Assembly: GCA_937989945.1 (NCBI GenBank) | Contig: CALKIG010000141.1 | Location: forward strand, 7,035-71,034 | DNA: 64,000 nt | Origin: an uncultured Actinomycetes bacterium | GTDB taxonomy: Bacteria; Actinomycetota; Acidimicrobiia; Spongiisociales; ZC4RG35 | Direction: 5' to 3' | Shown: piece by piece, positions 26,523-35,852 of the stretch | Position numbering within the stretch: position 1 is the stretch's first letter | Layout of the letters: each line of letters opens with the position of its first letter | Translations under genes and position numbers: made by a program | Notes under the pieces: generated by a model | The model's input: the letters and a program-made list of their open reading frames with translations, nothing else | Told to the model about the DNA's origin: nothing | Databases searched by the model: none

Positions 26523-27397
26523 CAGGCGAGAACCACCTCGGCCCGGCTCGTGTCGCCGTGCCTCGTGTAGACCGCAAGCAGGCGCCCGTCGTCTCCGATC
26601 ACGCGGAACGGCTCGTCTTCGGGCGCGTCACTCATGCTCGATCCAACGAATCGGGTGCCATGAGTCACCGCCGCAGCCGTCTCGGCGTCCACCTCGACAC
26701 CGGCGAGGTCGGAAAGGGCTTGATTCGGTGTGAGAAGCTTCGATTTCCAGCCTTCGAGCCGATCGGCGTGGATGCCGAGCCGATCGACATCGAGAGAGCC
26801 AATTCGCAGCCTTCTCAACTCCGTCAGGTGAGCGGACCCTCCCAATGTGGCGGCGATGTCGTCGGCGAGGCTGCGCACATAGGTTCCCTTCCCGCAAACG
26901 ACCCTGAAGGTGACCTCCGGGTATGGGCCGTCCCCCACCGATTCGAACTCGAGCTCGTGGATCTGCACCTGCCGGGCTTCCCTCTCGATCACGACACCTT
27001 CGCGCGCCAGCTCATAGAGCCTTCGTCCCTCATGCTTTAGAGCCGAGACCATTGGAGGTACCTGGTGAATCTCTCCGACGAACCGATCCCGCACCTCCTC
27101 CAGGTCGGCGATGTCGAACTCCATAGGCTCCCGGGCGACGACTTCACCATCTGCATCGAGCGTGTCGGTCGATACGCCGAATCGAGCGGTAGCGACGTAC
27201 TCCTTGGGTTGATCTTGCAAGAACCTGATCAGACGCGTGACCCGCCCTATGGCGACGACCACAGCGCCTGTCGCCAAGGGGTCGAGGGTGCCGGCGTGGC
27301 CCACCTTCCTCTCTCCGGTGGCCCTCTTCACCCTGCCCACGACTGCATTCGACGTGATACCGCGCGGCTTGTCGACGACCAGGAATCCAGTCGTCAC
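26522..27397 (-). CDS. truB: tRNA pseudouridine(55) synthase
   Basis: 291 aa: GFLVVDKPRGITS, catalytic GHAGTLDPLATG, QVPPMVSALK. Confidence 0.92.
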   Translation of the reverse strand: MTTGFLVVDKPRGITSNAVVGRVKRATGERKVGHAGTLDPLATGAVVVAIGRVTRLIRFLQDQPKEYVATARFGVSTDTLDADGEVVAREPMEFDIADLEEVRDRFVGEIHQVPPMVSALKHEGRRLYELAREGVVIEREARQVQIHELEFESVGDGPYPEVTFRVVCGKGTYVRSLADDIAATLGGSAHLTELRRLRIGSLDVDRLGIHADRLEGWKSKLLTPNQALSDLAGVEVDAETAAAVTHGTRFVGSSMSDAPEDEPFRVIGDDGRLLAVYTRHGDTSRAEVVLA

Positions 27398-28371
27398 TTC
27401 GCGGCCTTCACGGCGGCGATCACCGCGGAGATTGCCTCGTCTGCGGTCATTTCCACCGTGGCTCCAGCCGCAAAGCGGTGGCCCCCGCCACCAAGACCGG
27501 CAGCGATGGCCCCGACATCGGTCCCGCCCCGCGATCGCATGCTCAGCTTCACACGGCCGTCATCGTGGGTCTTGGCGAGGACAGACACATCCGCTTCGAC
27601 AGGGAGTCGGATGGTGTTGATGAGATTGTCGATGTCCCCCCAGTCAATCCCCGCCTTCTTCAGGTCGTCGGCAGTGATGACGGTTGAGACCACGCTCGCA
27701 TCTTCGTCCAATTGAGCCCTCGACAGGGCAGCTCCCGCGGCGTGGAGATAGCCGAACGGCGCCCGCTCATACACATACTGGCCGATGTAGTCGGTGTTGG
27801 CGCCTGCGGCGACGAGACCAGCAGCGAGCTGAAAGGTCGATGGCTTGGTCGCCGAGTACTGGAAGCGACCTGTGTCGGTGACCAACGCAGTGTGCAAACA
27901 CGTCGCGATCTCAGCAGTGACTGGCCAACGCAGCTCCTGGAGCAGTTCGGCCACGAGCTCGGCCGTCGCGGCAGCTTCCCCATCGACGATCCCGATGTCG
28001 CCAAATCCCTCATTGGTCACGTGGTGGTCTATCACGATGAGGGTGCTTGCATTGCCGGCATGGTGGCCGAGCTCAGCGAGCCTATCGGCACTTCCGGCGT
28101 CGAGCACGACCATGACTCCCGGGTTCTCCGGAAACTCGTCCGGTGGGACCAGGCCCACAGTCGGCACGAACGACAGGTTCTCGGGAATGATGAAGGGCGA
28201 TCCAAAGGAAGTGATGACCTTCTTGCCCGCATTCTCAGCAGCGATTGCAAGACCCATCATCGAGCCGAGCGCATCGCCGTCGGGGCCCACGTGGCATGCA
28301 AAGGTGATCTCTTCAGCTTCTTCCAGGACCTTGGCGGCCTCCGCTATCAACCGGCCCAAGTCGGCGCTCAC
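27394..28371 (-). CDS. nrnA: DHH/DHHA1 family phosphoesterase (NrnA-like oligoribonuclease/pAp phosphatase)
   Basis: 325 aa with HVGPDGDALGS, VIDHH, and C-terminal DHHA1 GGGGH. Conserved position between rbfA and truB. Confidence 0.8.
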   Translation of the reverse strand: MSADLGRLIAEAAKVLEEAEEITFACHVGPDGDALGSMMGLAIAAENAGKKVITSFGSPFIIPENLSFVPTVGLVPPDEFPENPGVMVVLDAGSADRLAELGHHAGNASTLIVIDHHVTNEGFGDIGIVDGEAAATAELVAELLQELRWPVTAEIATCLHTALVTDTGRFQYSATKPSTFQLAAGLVAAGANTDYIGQYVYERAPFGYLHAAGAALSRAQLDEDASVVSTVITADDLKKAGIDWGDIDNLINTIRLPVEADVSVLAKTHDDGRVKLSMRSRGGTDVGAIAAGLGGGGHRFAAGATVEMTADEAISAVIAAVKAAK

Positions 28372-28712
28372 TCTTCCTCACCTGGTTGCAGATCGCGCAG
28401 GATCTGCTCGATCCTCTCTCCCGCCACCACGCCACTGTCGATCTCGAACTCCAGCACCGGCGTGTACTTGATACGGACCTCGCGGCCGATCGCCCTCTGC
28501 AGCCTCGGCCCAGCGGCGCGCAGGGCCTCGAGCACGCCGTCTTTGTCCTCTGCCAGTGCGTCGACGAATACGACTGCCTTGCGCAGGTTGGGAGCGGTAT
28601 CGACACCCGTGATCGAGACCAGTTCGAGACGCGTGTCGCTCAGCTTCTCCACCTCTTCGGCCAACACTTCGCGGAGAATCGAGTTGACCCTGAGCATGCG
28701 TGGAGTTGTCAT
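28368..28712 (-). CDS. rbfA: ribosome-binding factor A
   Basis: RbfA pattern RMLRVNSILREVLAEEV...ITGVDTAPNLRKAVVFV. ATG 28712 preferred (AGGGG upstream). The ORF extends to TTG 28760, which would overlap infB by 14 nt. Confidence 0.85.
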   Translation of the reverse strand: MTTPRMLRVNSILREVLAEEVEKLSDTRLELVSITGVDTAPNLRKAVVFVDALAEDKDGVLEALRAAGPRLQRAIGREVRIKYTPVLEFEIDSGVVAGERIEQILRDLQPGEEE

Positions 28713-28746
28713 TGGCTGCACCCCTGGGGATGTGGTCGCATCCGGA

Positions 28747-30855
28747 TTACGTGCGAGCAACCTCGCGGATGAGGTAGACCTCGATCAGGTCGCCTTCTTT
28801 GATGTCGTTGTAGTTCTCGAATCCCATACCGCATTCGAAGCCCTGCGCTACCTCTCGGACATCGTCTTTGAAGCGTCTGAGCGAAGACACGACGCCGTCG
28901 TGGACGATCACGCCATCGCGAAGCAGGCGCGCCTTGGCGCCACGCTGCACGGTGCCTTCGAGAACGTAACAGCCGGCGACGGTGCCACCTCGTGGCACCT
29001 TGAAGGTGGCTCGGACTTCGGCGGTGCCCAGCACCTGCTCCTGCTCATCGGGAGCGAGCTGGCCCACGAGAAGCTGTTCGATATCGTCGAGCAGCTCGTA
29101 GATGACGCCGTAGGTCCTTATCTCGATGCCCGCCTGTTCCGCGGCCTTACGCGACTTCGGCTCCGGACGGACGTTGAACCCAACTATGACGGCTCCGGTC
29201 ACGTCGGCCAGTGACACGTCGTTCTCGTTGATCCCACCCACTGCACCATGGACTATCTCGATCTGACCGCCTTCGCGCTCGATCTTCCCGATCGACTCTC
29301 GTAGTGCCTCGAGTGAGCCCTGGGCATCGGCCTTGACCACCACGTTGAGCTGAGCGTCCTCGCTACGAAGCTGTTCGAGGAGGCCTTGCAGCCGATCGCG
29401 GGCACTGGGCATGGCCTGCTCCTCGGCTTTGACTTCCTCGAGACGAGCAGCCGCGATCTTTCGCGCCTCCCGATCGTTCTTGACGACTTCGAGGAAATCA
29501 CCCGCTGCGGGCATCTCGTCCCAGCCCATGATCTGCACGGGTGTCGCGGGGCCCGCCTTCTTCAGTTGCTCGCCCCGATCGTTGAGAAGGGCCCGGGCCC
29601 TTCCAGAGACGGCGCCGGCAACGAATGCGTCACCCTGCTTCAGGGTTCCTCTCTGGACGATGGCCGTTGCCACCGCACCGCGCCCACGCTCGAGTTGGGC
29701 TTCGACCACGACGCCCGATGCCTTGGGCTTGGGATTTGCCTTGAACTCTTCGAGCTGCGAGATGAGGTCGATGACCTCCAGGAGGTCCGAAACGCCATCC
29801 CCGTTTACTGCGGAGACCTCGACCGACGGGACATCCCCGCCGAGCTCCTCCACGATGACGCCTTGCTCGGTGAGCTCGGTGCGGACACGCAGCGGATCTG
29901 CGCCGGGTAGGTCGATCTTGTTGACGGCAACGATCATCTTCACACCGGCCGCCTGGGCATGGGAGATCGCCTCGATGGTCTGTGGCATGACACCATCGTC
30001 GGCCGCCACGACGAGTATGACGATGTCGGTGATGTTCGCCCCACGTGCCCGCAGGGCCGTGAACGCCTCATGACCGGGGGTGTCGATGAATGTGATCGGG
30101 TGACCGTTGACCTCGACCTGGTAAGCACCTATGTGCTGAGTGATGCCGCCCTCTTCGCCTTCAACCACGTTGGCGCTGCGAATCGTGTCGAGCAACGTCG
30201 TCTTGCCGTGATCGACATGGCCCATGACCGTCACGACCGGAGGCCGGCCCACCAGGTCTGCTTCATCGTCGTCGAATTCAGGCTGCTCGGCGACAACGGG
30301 CGGAGGAGCAGCTTCCTCGATCTCGACTATGTAGCCGAAGGACTCGCCGATCTCTTCGATCAGGTCGCTCGGCATTTCCGCGTTGGCACCTGCGGGCACG
30401 CCTTTGCCCATGAGTGCCTTGACGACCTCTCCGGTTGGCTGCGAGATGGCGGCAGCGAAGTCGGCGACCGATGCGCCTGCCGGGACTGACGTGATCTCGA
30501 CATCCTTAGCCTGAGCGGGCTCTTTGGTCTCGGTCGGCTCGTCGGCCTCCGCAGACTCGTCGGCATCAGCCGGAGCGACCTCCTCAGGTTCCGTCGCGGG
30601 TTCGTCTGCCTGGGCCTCCGTATCGGCCTCTGTCTCTTCGGCCTCTGTCCCTTCGACCTGTGTCTCTTCGACCTCGCCGTCTGACTGCTCCACCGCAGCT
30701 GGCTCGTCGGACGAGAAAGCCATACGGACCAGTTCCGCGCCTTCGTCATCCAGCCCCGAAGACGCCGTCTTCACATCCAGGCCCAGCTCCTGCGCCTGCT
30801 CCAGGACATCCCTGGACTCGAGGCCCATTTCGCGGGCAAGCTCATAAACCCTCAC
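28747..30855 (-). CDS. infB: translation initiation factor IF-2
   Basis: 702 aa with a GTG start. IF2_N domains, G-domain (GHVDHGKTTLLD, DTPGH, NKID) and C-terminal domains. Acidic low-complexity linker near the N-terminus. Confidence 0.95.
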   Translation of the reverse strand: MRVYELAREMGLESRDVLEQAQELGLDVKTASSGLDDEGAELVRMAFSSDEPAAVEQSDGEVEETQVEGTEAEETEADTEAQADEPATEPEEVAPADADESAEADEPTETKEPAQAKDVEITSVPAGASVADFAAAISQPTGEVVKALMGKGVPAGANAEMPSDLIEEIGESFGYIVEIEEAAPPPVVAEQPEFDDDEADLVGRPPVVTVMGHVDHGKTTLLDTIRSANVVEGEEGGITQHIGAYQVEVNGHPITFIDTPGHEAFTALRARGANITDIVILVVAADDGVMPQTIEAISHAQAAGVKMIVAVNKIDLPGADPLRVRTELTEQGVIVEELGGDVPSVEVSAVNGDGVSDLLEVIDLISQLEEFKANPKPKASGVVVEAQLERGRGAVATAIVQRGTLKQGDAFVAGAVSGRARALLNDRGEQLKKAGPATPVQIMGWDEMPAAGDFLEVVKNDREARKIAAARLEEVKAEEQAMPSARDRLQGLLEQLRSEDAQLNVVVKADAQGSLEALRESIGKIEREGGQIEIVHGAVGGINENDVSLADVTGAVIVGFNVRPEPKSRKAAEQAGIEIRTYGVIYELLDDIEQLLVGQLAPDEQEQVLGTAEVRATFKVPRGGTVAGCYVLEGTVQRGAKARLLRDGVIVHDGVVSSLRRFKDDVREVAQGFECGMGFENYNDIKEGDLIEVYLIREVART
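30625..30669. repeat. 15 bp imperfect tandem repeat (x3, plus partial flanking units) inside infB
   Basis: Units GGCCTCTGTCTCTTC / GGCCTCTGTCCCTTC / GACCTGTGTCTCTTC, followed by GACCTCGCC. They encode acidic pentapeptide repeats (E-[EG]-T-[QE]-[VA]) on the minus strand. Confidence 0.6.
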
Positions 30856-30868
30856 TACTCAAACTCTC

Positions 30869-32194
30869 TCATTCACTCTCGTCGTCATTTGCTGCGCCCT
30901 CGTCGGTGCTCACGGCGTCTTCGTCATCCTGTTCGGTCACACTCGCTTCGGGCATGGCCTCCTCGGCGGCATCATCCGCCTCCGCAGCGGGCGCGGGCTC
31001 AGCGTCCACTTCGACATCCTCGCCAGGATCCACGACAGCTGCGTCATCTTCAGCCGGGGCCTGCCCCACCGCTGATTCTTCGGTTGAAGGCTCCTCGGTC
31101 GCGGGCTCCGCATCGGAAGCGCTCTCGACAGTCTCCTCCCCGGAGTCGGTCGTGGCTCCCGCTGTCTCATCCGCAGGGGTGGCGTCCTCGTCGGAGCCCT
31201 GCTCCTCGGCCTCCGGCGGCTCCGGTGGCCGGTCCGGATGGATGTCCACCTTGTAGCCCGAGAGCCGAGCCGCAAGTCGAGCGTTCTGACCCTCTTTCCC
31301 GATCGCCAGCGAAAGCTGGTGCTCGGAGACGATCACATCAGCGGTCTTCGTCTCCTCATCGATGCGGACCTCCTGGACCTTGGCCGGTCCCAGCGCCTCT
31401 GCGATGAACTGGCCGATGTCATCGCGCCACTGCACGACATCCACTTTCTCACCGCGCAGCTCATTGACCACCTGGCGCACCCGGGCGCCACGCGCCCCCA
31501 CGCATGCCCCCTTGGGGTCGACGTTGGGGTCGTTGGAGATCACGGCGATCTTGGTGCGGTGTCCGGGCTCCCGGGCGATGTTGACGATCTCGACCGTCCC
31601 GTCGTTCAGCTCGGGAACTTCGAGTTCCAGCAATCGGCGGACCAGATCGGGATGGCTCCTCGAGACCACGATCTGGGCACCTTTGCCCTCATTGCGCACC
31701 TCGATGATGAGGGCCTTGACGCGATTTCCTCGTTCGAGCCGCTCGAAGGGGATTCGCTCAGACCCGGGAAGTATCGCTTCGGCGTCGCCGAGGTCGAGAA
31801 TCACCGATCGATAGTCGACCTGCTGCACGAGGCCGGTGACCAGGTCTCCCTCGCGCCCTTCGTACATGTCATAGACGAGCTCCCGCTTCGCCTCACGGAG
31901 CTTGTGCTGCATCACCTGCTTGAAGGACTGCGCGGCGATCCGACCGAAGGCCTCTCCCTCCGGCGTGTCCTCCCACTCGTCGATGACGTTGCCGTCTTCG
32001 TCGAGCACCTGGGCATACACAGTCACTTCACCTGAGTCGGGATCAATGGTGACCCTCGCCTCTTCGGCAGCCCCCGGGCTTCGCTTGTATGCGGCGACCA
32101 GGGCGTTCGCGAAGGCATCGAGGATCGCCTCTACGGCGACTCCCCGTTCCCTTGCGAGGACCTCAATGGCCTCCATCATCGTGTCGAGCTGCAT
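30869..32194 (-). CDS. nusA: transcription termination/antitermination factor NusA with long acidic C-terminal tail
   Basis: N-terminal domain, S1, KH1 and KH2 are recognisable. Start set to ATG 32194, preceded by TAAGGAGAAAC. The last ~110 aa are D/E/A/P/T-rich. Confidence 0.93.
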   Translation of the reverse strand: MQLDTMMEAIEVLARERGVAVEAILDAFANALVAAYKRSPGAAEEARVTIDPDSGEVTVYAQVLDEDGNVIDEWEDTPEGEAFGRIAAQSFKQVMQHKLREAKRELVYDMYEGREGDLVTGLVQQVDYRSVILDLGDAEAILPGSERIPFERLERGNRVKALIIEVRNEGKGAQIVVSRSHPDLVRRLLELEVPELNDGTVEIVNIAREPGHRTKIAVISNDPNVDPKGACVGARGARVRQVVNELRGEKVDVVQWRDDIGQFIAEALGPAKVQEVRIDEETKTADVIVSEHQLSLAIGKEGQNARLAARLSGYKVDIHPDRPPEPPEAEEQGSDEDATPADETAGATTDSGEETVESASDAEPATEEPSTEESAVGQAPAEDDAAVVDPGEDVEVDAEPAPAAEADDAAEEAMPEASVTEQDDEDAVSTDEGAANDDESE

Positions 32195-32202
32195 GTTTCT
32201 CC

Positions 32203-32673
32203 TTAGTGCCCTGGCTTGGGAGCTCTCTCCCACCTGAAGACGGTGTTCGCCTTGACAACCGACTCATATGTGAAAGTCTCCTCGCCCTGATCGCCATCAA
32301 CGCTGAAGGTCTCATCATTGGCTTTCGTGAGGACCCCCTTGATCGTGCGGGTGGTCTCGCCCAGCCTGACTTTCGCTGCGACCTCTCTCCCTACCGACTT
32401 GCGATAGTGCTCGGGCCGACGCAGCTTGCGCTCCAGACCCGGTGTCGTCACTTCGAGTTGATACGCACCTTCGAGGTCCGACTCGTTGTCGAGCATTCGA
32501 GAGATGCCGCGCGACAGCTCAGCGAGACGGTCGATATCGAGGCTCTCACCGTCAACGGCGACGCGCAGAACTCTGCCCTTACCTCTACCACTGAGCTCCA
32601 AATCGTCGAGCTCGAGTCGTTCTGCAGCGAGGTACGGCTCTACCAGTTGCCAAATTTCCGCAGTCGTCGTCAA
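32203..32673 (-). CDS. rimP: ribosome maturation factor RimP
   Basis: RimP pattern (LVEPYLAAERLELDDLEL...LRVAVD). Start placed at TTG 32673 with GGAG 5 nt upstream. The ORF-track N-terminal extension to 32805 has no support. Start uncertain. Confidence 0.8.
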   Translation of the reverse strand: MTTTAEIWQLVEPYLAAERLELDDLELSGRGKGRVLRVAVDGESLDIDRLAELSRGISRMLDNESDLEGAYQLEVTTPGLERKLRRPEHYRKSVGREVAAKVRLGETTRTIKGVLTKANDETFSVDGDQGEETFTYESVVKANTVFRWERAPKPGH

Positions 32674-32710
32674 TTCTTCTCCAACATCTTCCAGGCTCTG
32701 GCCCGTATGA

Positions 32711-32747
32711 CCACAGCAAACAGGTGGGTGCACGAGGCGCCCACCTG
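32711..32747 (-). terminator. terminator-like hairpin in the rimP-nusA-infB leader (or proS terminator)
   Basis: CAGGTGGG-(11 nt loop)-CCCACCTG, an 8 bp stem at 32721-32747, followed on the minus strand by TTTGCTGTGG. It lies 38 nt upstream of the proposed rimP start. Confidence 0.4.
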
Positions 32748-32775
32748 ACCGAAAAGCGTCCTGTTGTGGATGGTG

Positions 32776-32781
32776 ATTATA
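32776..32781 (-). promoter_or_regulatory. candidate -10 box (TATAAT) for rimP-nusA-infB
   Basis: Perfect TATAAT on the minus strand, with TTGGGG 18 nt upstream. It lies between the proS stop and the leader hairpin. Confidence 0.3.
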
Positions 32782-32824
32782 GGGGCAATCGCAAAACTCC
32801 CCCAAGACCTGCCGGAGCGAAGAT

Positions 32825-34543
32825 TCAGGCCTCCCGGGCTGCCTTCACGATGTGGGTGGTCCTCTCGACGACGGTGCCCAGCGGCACCTCGACGGTTTCG
32901 AGGCCATCGCGCGTGGTGAGCTCGATGACGCCGCTTTCCACGCCGCGCGGCCCGACGGTTATCCGGTACGGGATCCCGACCAATTCGGCGTCAGCGAATT
33001 TCACTCCGGGCCGTTCCGAACGATCGTCCAGGATCACATCGAGACCTTCGCCGGCCAATGCCTCATATAGGGACATGGCCGCCGTCATCGTTGTCTCGTC
33101 ATCGGCGCGAAGCACGGTCAGCACGACCTCGAACGGGGCTACGGGGACGGGCCACACCATCCCGTTGTCATCGTGTGAGCTCTCGACGACCGCCGCCATG
33201 GCCCGCTCCACGCCGATCCCGTATGAGCCCATTATCACGGGGTGGCTGTTGCCCTCCTCATCTTGAACATAGGCTCCGAAGGCTTCTGAGTACTTCGTGC
33301 CCAGCTTGAAGATGTGCCCCACCTCTATGCCCTTCCACAAGTCGAGCGAACCGTCGCAGTTGATGCATCTGTCTCCCGCCTTCACTGTTCTGAGATCGGC
33401 CCAGACACTGACGTCGATGTCGCGCTCCACACTCACCCCGGAGTAGTGCCAATCGTCCTCATTGGCCCCCGTGGTCATGTTGACCCTTCCCCGGAGCGCT
33501 TCGTCCGCCACCACCCGCAGATCTTTGACGCCCACGGCACCGAGGCTGCCGGGTTGCGCACCCAAGAGGCCCTCGATCTCTTCGGGCTGGGCGGCCCGGA
33601 TGTCCTCGCCCACTCCCATGGCATCGAGCATCTTCTGCTCCTCCAGATCGTGGTCGCCACGGAGCAACACAACGACAGGTTCGCCCTCGAGGTAATAGAC
33701 AAGGCTTTTGATCTGGCGCTCGGGAGACGCGATCTCAGGGTGCTTCTCGGCCAGGGCCTTGATCGTCCGCAGGCCCGGTGTGGGAAAACGATCCAACTCG
33801 CCGGGCTCACCGTCTTCCACCACGCCGAGGGCGGACGTCGCCTTCTCCCGGTTGGCTCGGTAGTCGCAATTCTCACATGTGACGATCCAGTCCTCGCCGG
33901 CATCGGACCTGACGATGAACTCGACCGACTCAGACCCACCCATCGCTCCAGACGACGCCTCGACGTCGATGGCCTTCATCCCCATCCGGGCGAAAATCCG
34001 TCGGTAGGCCGCGCGGTGCTTCTCGAAACCGGTGTCCAGTCCGGTCCTGTCGATGTCGAGCGTGTACGAGTCCTTCATCGTGAACTCACGGACGCGCAGC
34101 AGGCCGGACTTAGGCCTGGGCTCGTCGCGGAACTTCGTGTGCATCTGATACCAGATCTGCGGCAGCTGGCGATATGAAGAGAGCTCTGAGGCCAACATCC
34201 CGAAGATCTCCTCCTCGGTCATGCCCAGAACCTGATCCATGCCTTTTCGATCCTTCAGCTTGAAGAGGTTGTCCCCCATCAGGTCGTAGCGCCCGGACTG
34301 CTTCCAGATCTCGGCCGGGTGAAGCGTTGGGAGAATCATCTCCTGGCCACCGATGGCGTTCATCTCCTCACGGATGATGTTGGCGATCTTGAGCCAGGTG
34401 CGATTTCCCAGCGTGAGCATGGTGTAGGAACCGGCTGCGAGTTGGCGGATGAATCCGCCGCGCACGAGCAGCTTGTGGCTGATCGCCTCCGCATCGGCGG
34501 GGTCGTCACGAAGGGTGGGTATGAAGGTCTGCGACCAACGCAT
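32825..34543 (-). CDS. proS: prolyl-tRNA synthetase
   Basis: 572 aa class II aaRS with an editing-domain insertion. The N-terminus MRWSQTFIPTLRDDPADAE.ISHKLLVRGGFIRQ is typical of bacterial ProRS. Confidence 0.95.
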   Translation of the reverse strand: MRWSQTFIPTLRDDPADAEAISHKLLVRGGFIRQLAAGSYTMLTLGNRTWLKIANIIREEMNAIGGQEMILPTLHPAEIWKQSGRYDLMGDNLFKLKDRKGMDQVLGMTEEEIFGMLASELSSYRQLPQIWYQMHTKFRDEPRPKSGLLRVREFTMKDSYTLDIDRTGLDTGFEKHRAAYRRIFARMGMKAIDVEASSGAMGGSESVEFIVRSDAGEDWIVTCENCDYRANREKATSALGVVEDGEPGELDRFPTPGLRTIKALAEKHPEIASPERQIKSLVYYLEGEPVVVLLRGDHDLEEQKMLDAMGVGEDIRAAQPEEIEGLLGAQPGSLGAVGVKDLRVVADEALRGRVNMTTGANEDDWHYSGVSVERDIDVSVWADLRTVKAGDRCINCDGSLDLWKGIEVGHIFKLGTKYSEAFGAYVQDEEGNSHPVIMGSYGIGVERAMAAVVESSHDDNGMVWPVPVAPFEVVLTVLRADDETTMTAAMSLYEALAGEGLDVILDDRSERPGVKFADAELVGIPYRITVGPRGVESGVIELTTRDGLETVEVPLGTVVERTTHIVKAAREA

Positions 34544-34608
34544 GAGTCTTTCCGGTCGGCTGTGTCGAGTGAGAACGGTAACCGTAGCCCGGAGGCTAGA
34601 GGGAAGGT

Positions 34609-35817
34609 TTACTCGGACTTGGCGACCTCGGCGACGCGTCGACGGCGCTCGTCGGAGCGATTGGCGTCTCCCTGGATCTCGATGAGCTGTTGGCGCGCCG
34701 CCTTAGCCAGTTCTTCTGCGTTGGCCTCGGCGTGAGCCAGCCTGCTCTCGACGCCTTCCTCTACGAGCTTTCTCGCCTCGTCGAGAAGGGCCTCGACCAT
34801 CTCCTCTTCGGGCACGACCCTCACGACTTGGCCTTTGATGAACAGATGGCCTTTGCCACGTCCAGCGGCGATGCCGATATCGGCCTCACGGGCCTCACCG
34901 GGCCCGTTGACCACGCAGCCCATGACAGCCACCTGAATCGGCAGGTTCTCAGCCTCGAGGGCCACTTGAGCCTTGGTCGTTACTTCAATGACGTCGACCT
35001 CGGCGCGCCCACAAGATGGGCATGCGATCAAGTCGAGGCCCTTACGCTCGCGCAGACCGAGAAACTCGAGCAGTTGCCTTCCGGCCTTCGCTTCCTCGAC
35101 CGGGTCCGCCGTCAGAGAGAAGCGAATGGTGTCGCCGATCCCCTGATTGAGCAGGGTGGCGATCCCGGCCACCGACTTGATGAGCCCCGAGGGTGGCGGC
35201 CCTGCCTCGGTCACGCCGAGGTGGAGCGGGTAATCGACCGCCTCGGATAGGAGCCGGTACGACTCGATCATCGAGGGCACGTGTGAGTGCTTGACCGAGA
35301 TCTTGATGTCCTCGAAGTCGACCTCTTCGAGATATCTCACCTCGACCTTGGCCGACTCGACGAGAGCTTCCGGCACGGGCGAGCCGTACTTGGCCAGAAG
35401 GTCCTTATCGAGTGAGCCCGCGTTGACCCCAACCCGGATGGGCACCCCGCGGTCGCGAGCTTCTCGGGCGACAGTCTTGATCTGCTCTTCCTTGCGGATG
35501 TTCCCCGGATTGAGTCTGAGACCCTGCACCCCGGCTTCCAAGGCAGCCAGCGCCAGCCGGTACTGATAGTGAATGTCGGCAATGATCGGAACCGGGCTCC
35601 TGGGAACGATCTCGGCCAGACCCTGAGCTGCTTCGACCTCGTTGCAGGTGATCCTGACGATGTCGGCCCCAGCCCCGGCGAGTGCGTACACCTGAGCCAG
35701 CGTCCCGTCGACATCTGCCGTCTTCGTCGTGGTCATCGACTGGACAGAAATCGGAGCGCCACCGCCCACGGCGACATCGCCCACATGCAGTTGTCGTGTC
35801 TGTTTGCGCTCGATCAT
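34609..35817 (-). CDS. ispG: 4-hydroxy-3-methylbut-2-en-1-yl diphosphate synthase
   Basis: 402 aa: VGGGAPISVQSMT, ACPSCGR, VMGCVVNGPGE. GcpE motifs. Confidence 0.95.
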   Translation of the reverse strand: MIERKQTRQLHVGDVAVGGGAPISVQSMTTTKTADVDGTLAQVYALAGAGADIVRITCNEVEAAQGLAEIVPRSPVPIIADIHYQYRLALAALEAGVQGLRLNPGNIRKEEQIKTVAREARDRGVPIRVGVNAGSLDKDLLAKYGSPVPEALVESAKVEVRYLEEVDFEDIKISVKHSHVPSMIESYRLLSEAVDYPLHLGVTEAGPPPSGLIKSVAGIATLLNQGIGDTIRFSLTADPVEEAKAGRQLLEFLGLRERKGLDLIACPSCGRAEVDVIEVTTKAQVALEAENLPIQVAVMGCVVNGPGEAREADIGIAAGRGKGHLFIKGQVVRVVPEEEMVEALLDEARKLVEEGVESRLAHAEANAEELAKAARQQLIEIQGDANRSDERRRRVAEVAKSE

Positions 35818-35852
35818 CTAGACCAAAACTAGCCCGGGGCGGAGGCGAACCA

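Noticed and set aside
27712-29214. 500 aa + strand ORF spanning nrnA, rbfA and infB
   Set aside because: It crosses three well-supported minus-strand genes. The translation is Ser/Ala/Arg-rich low complexity.
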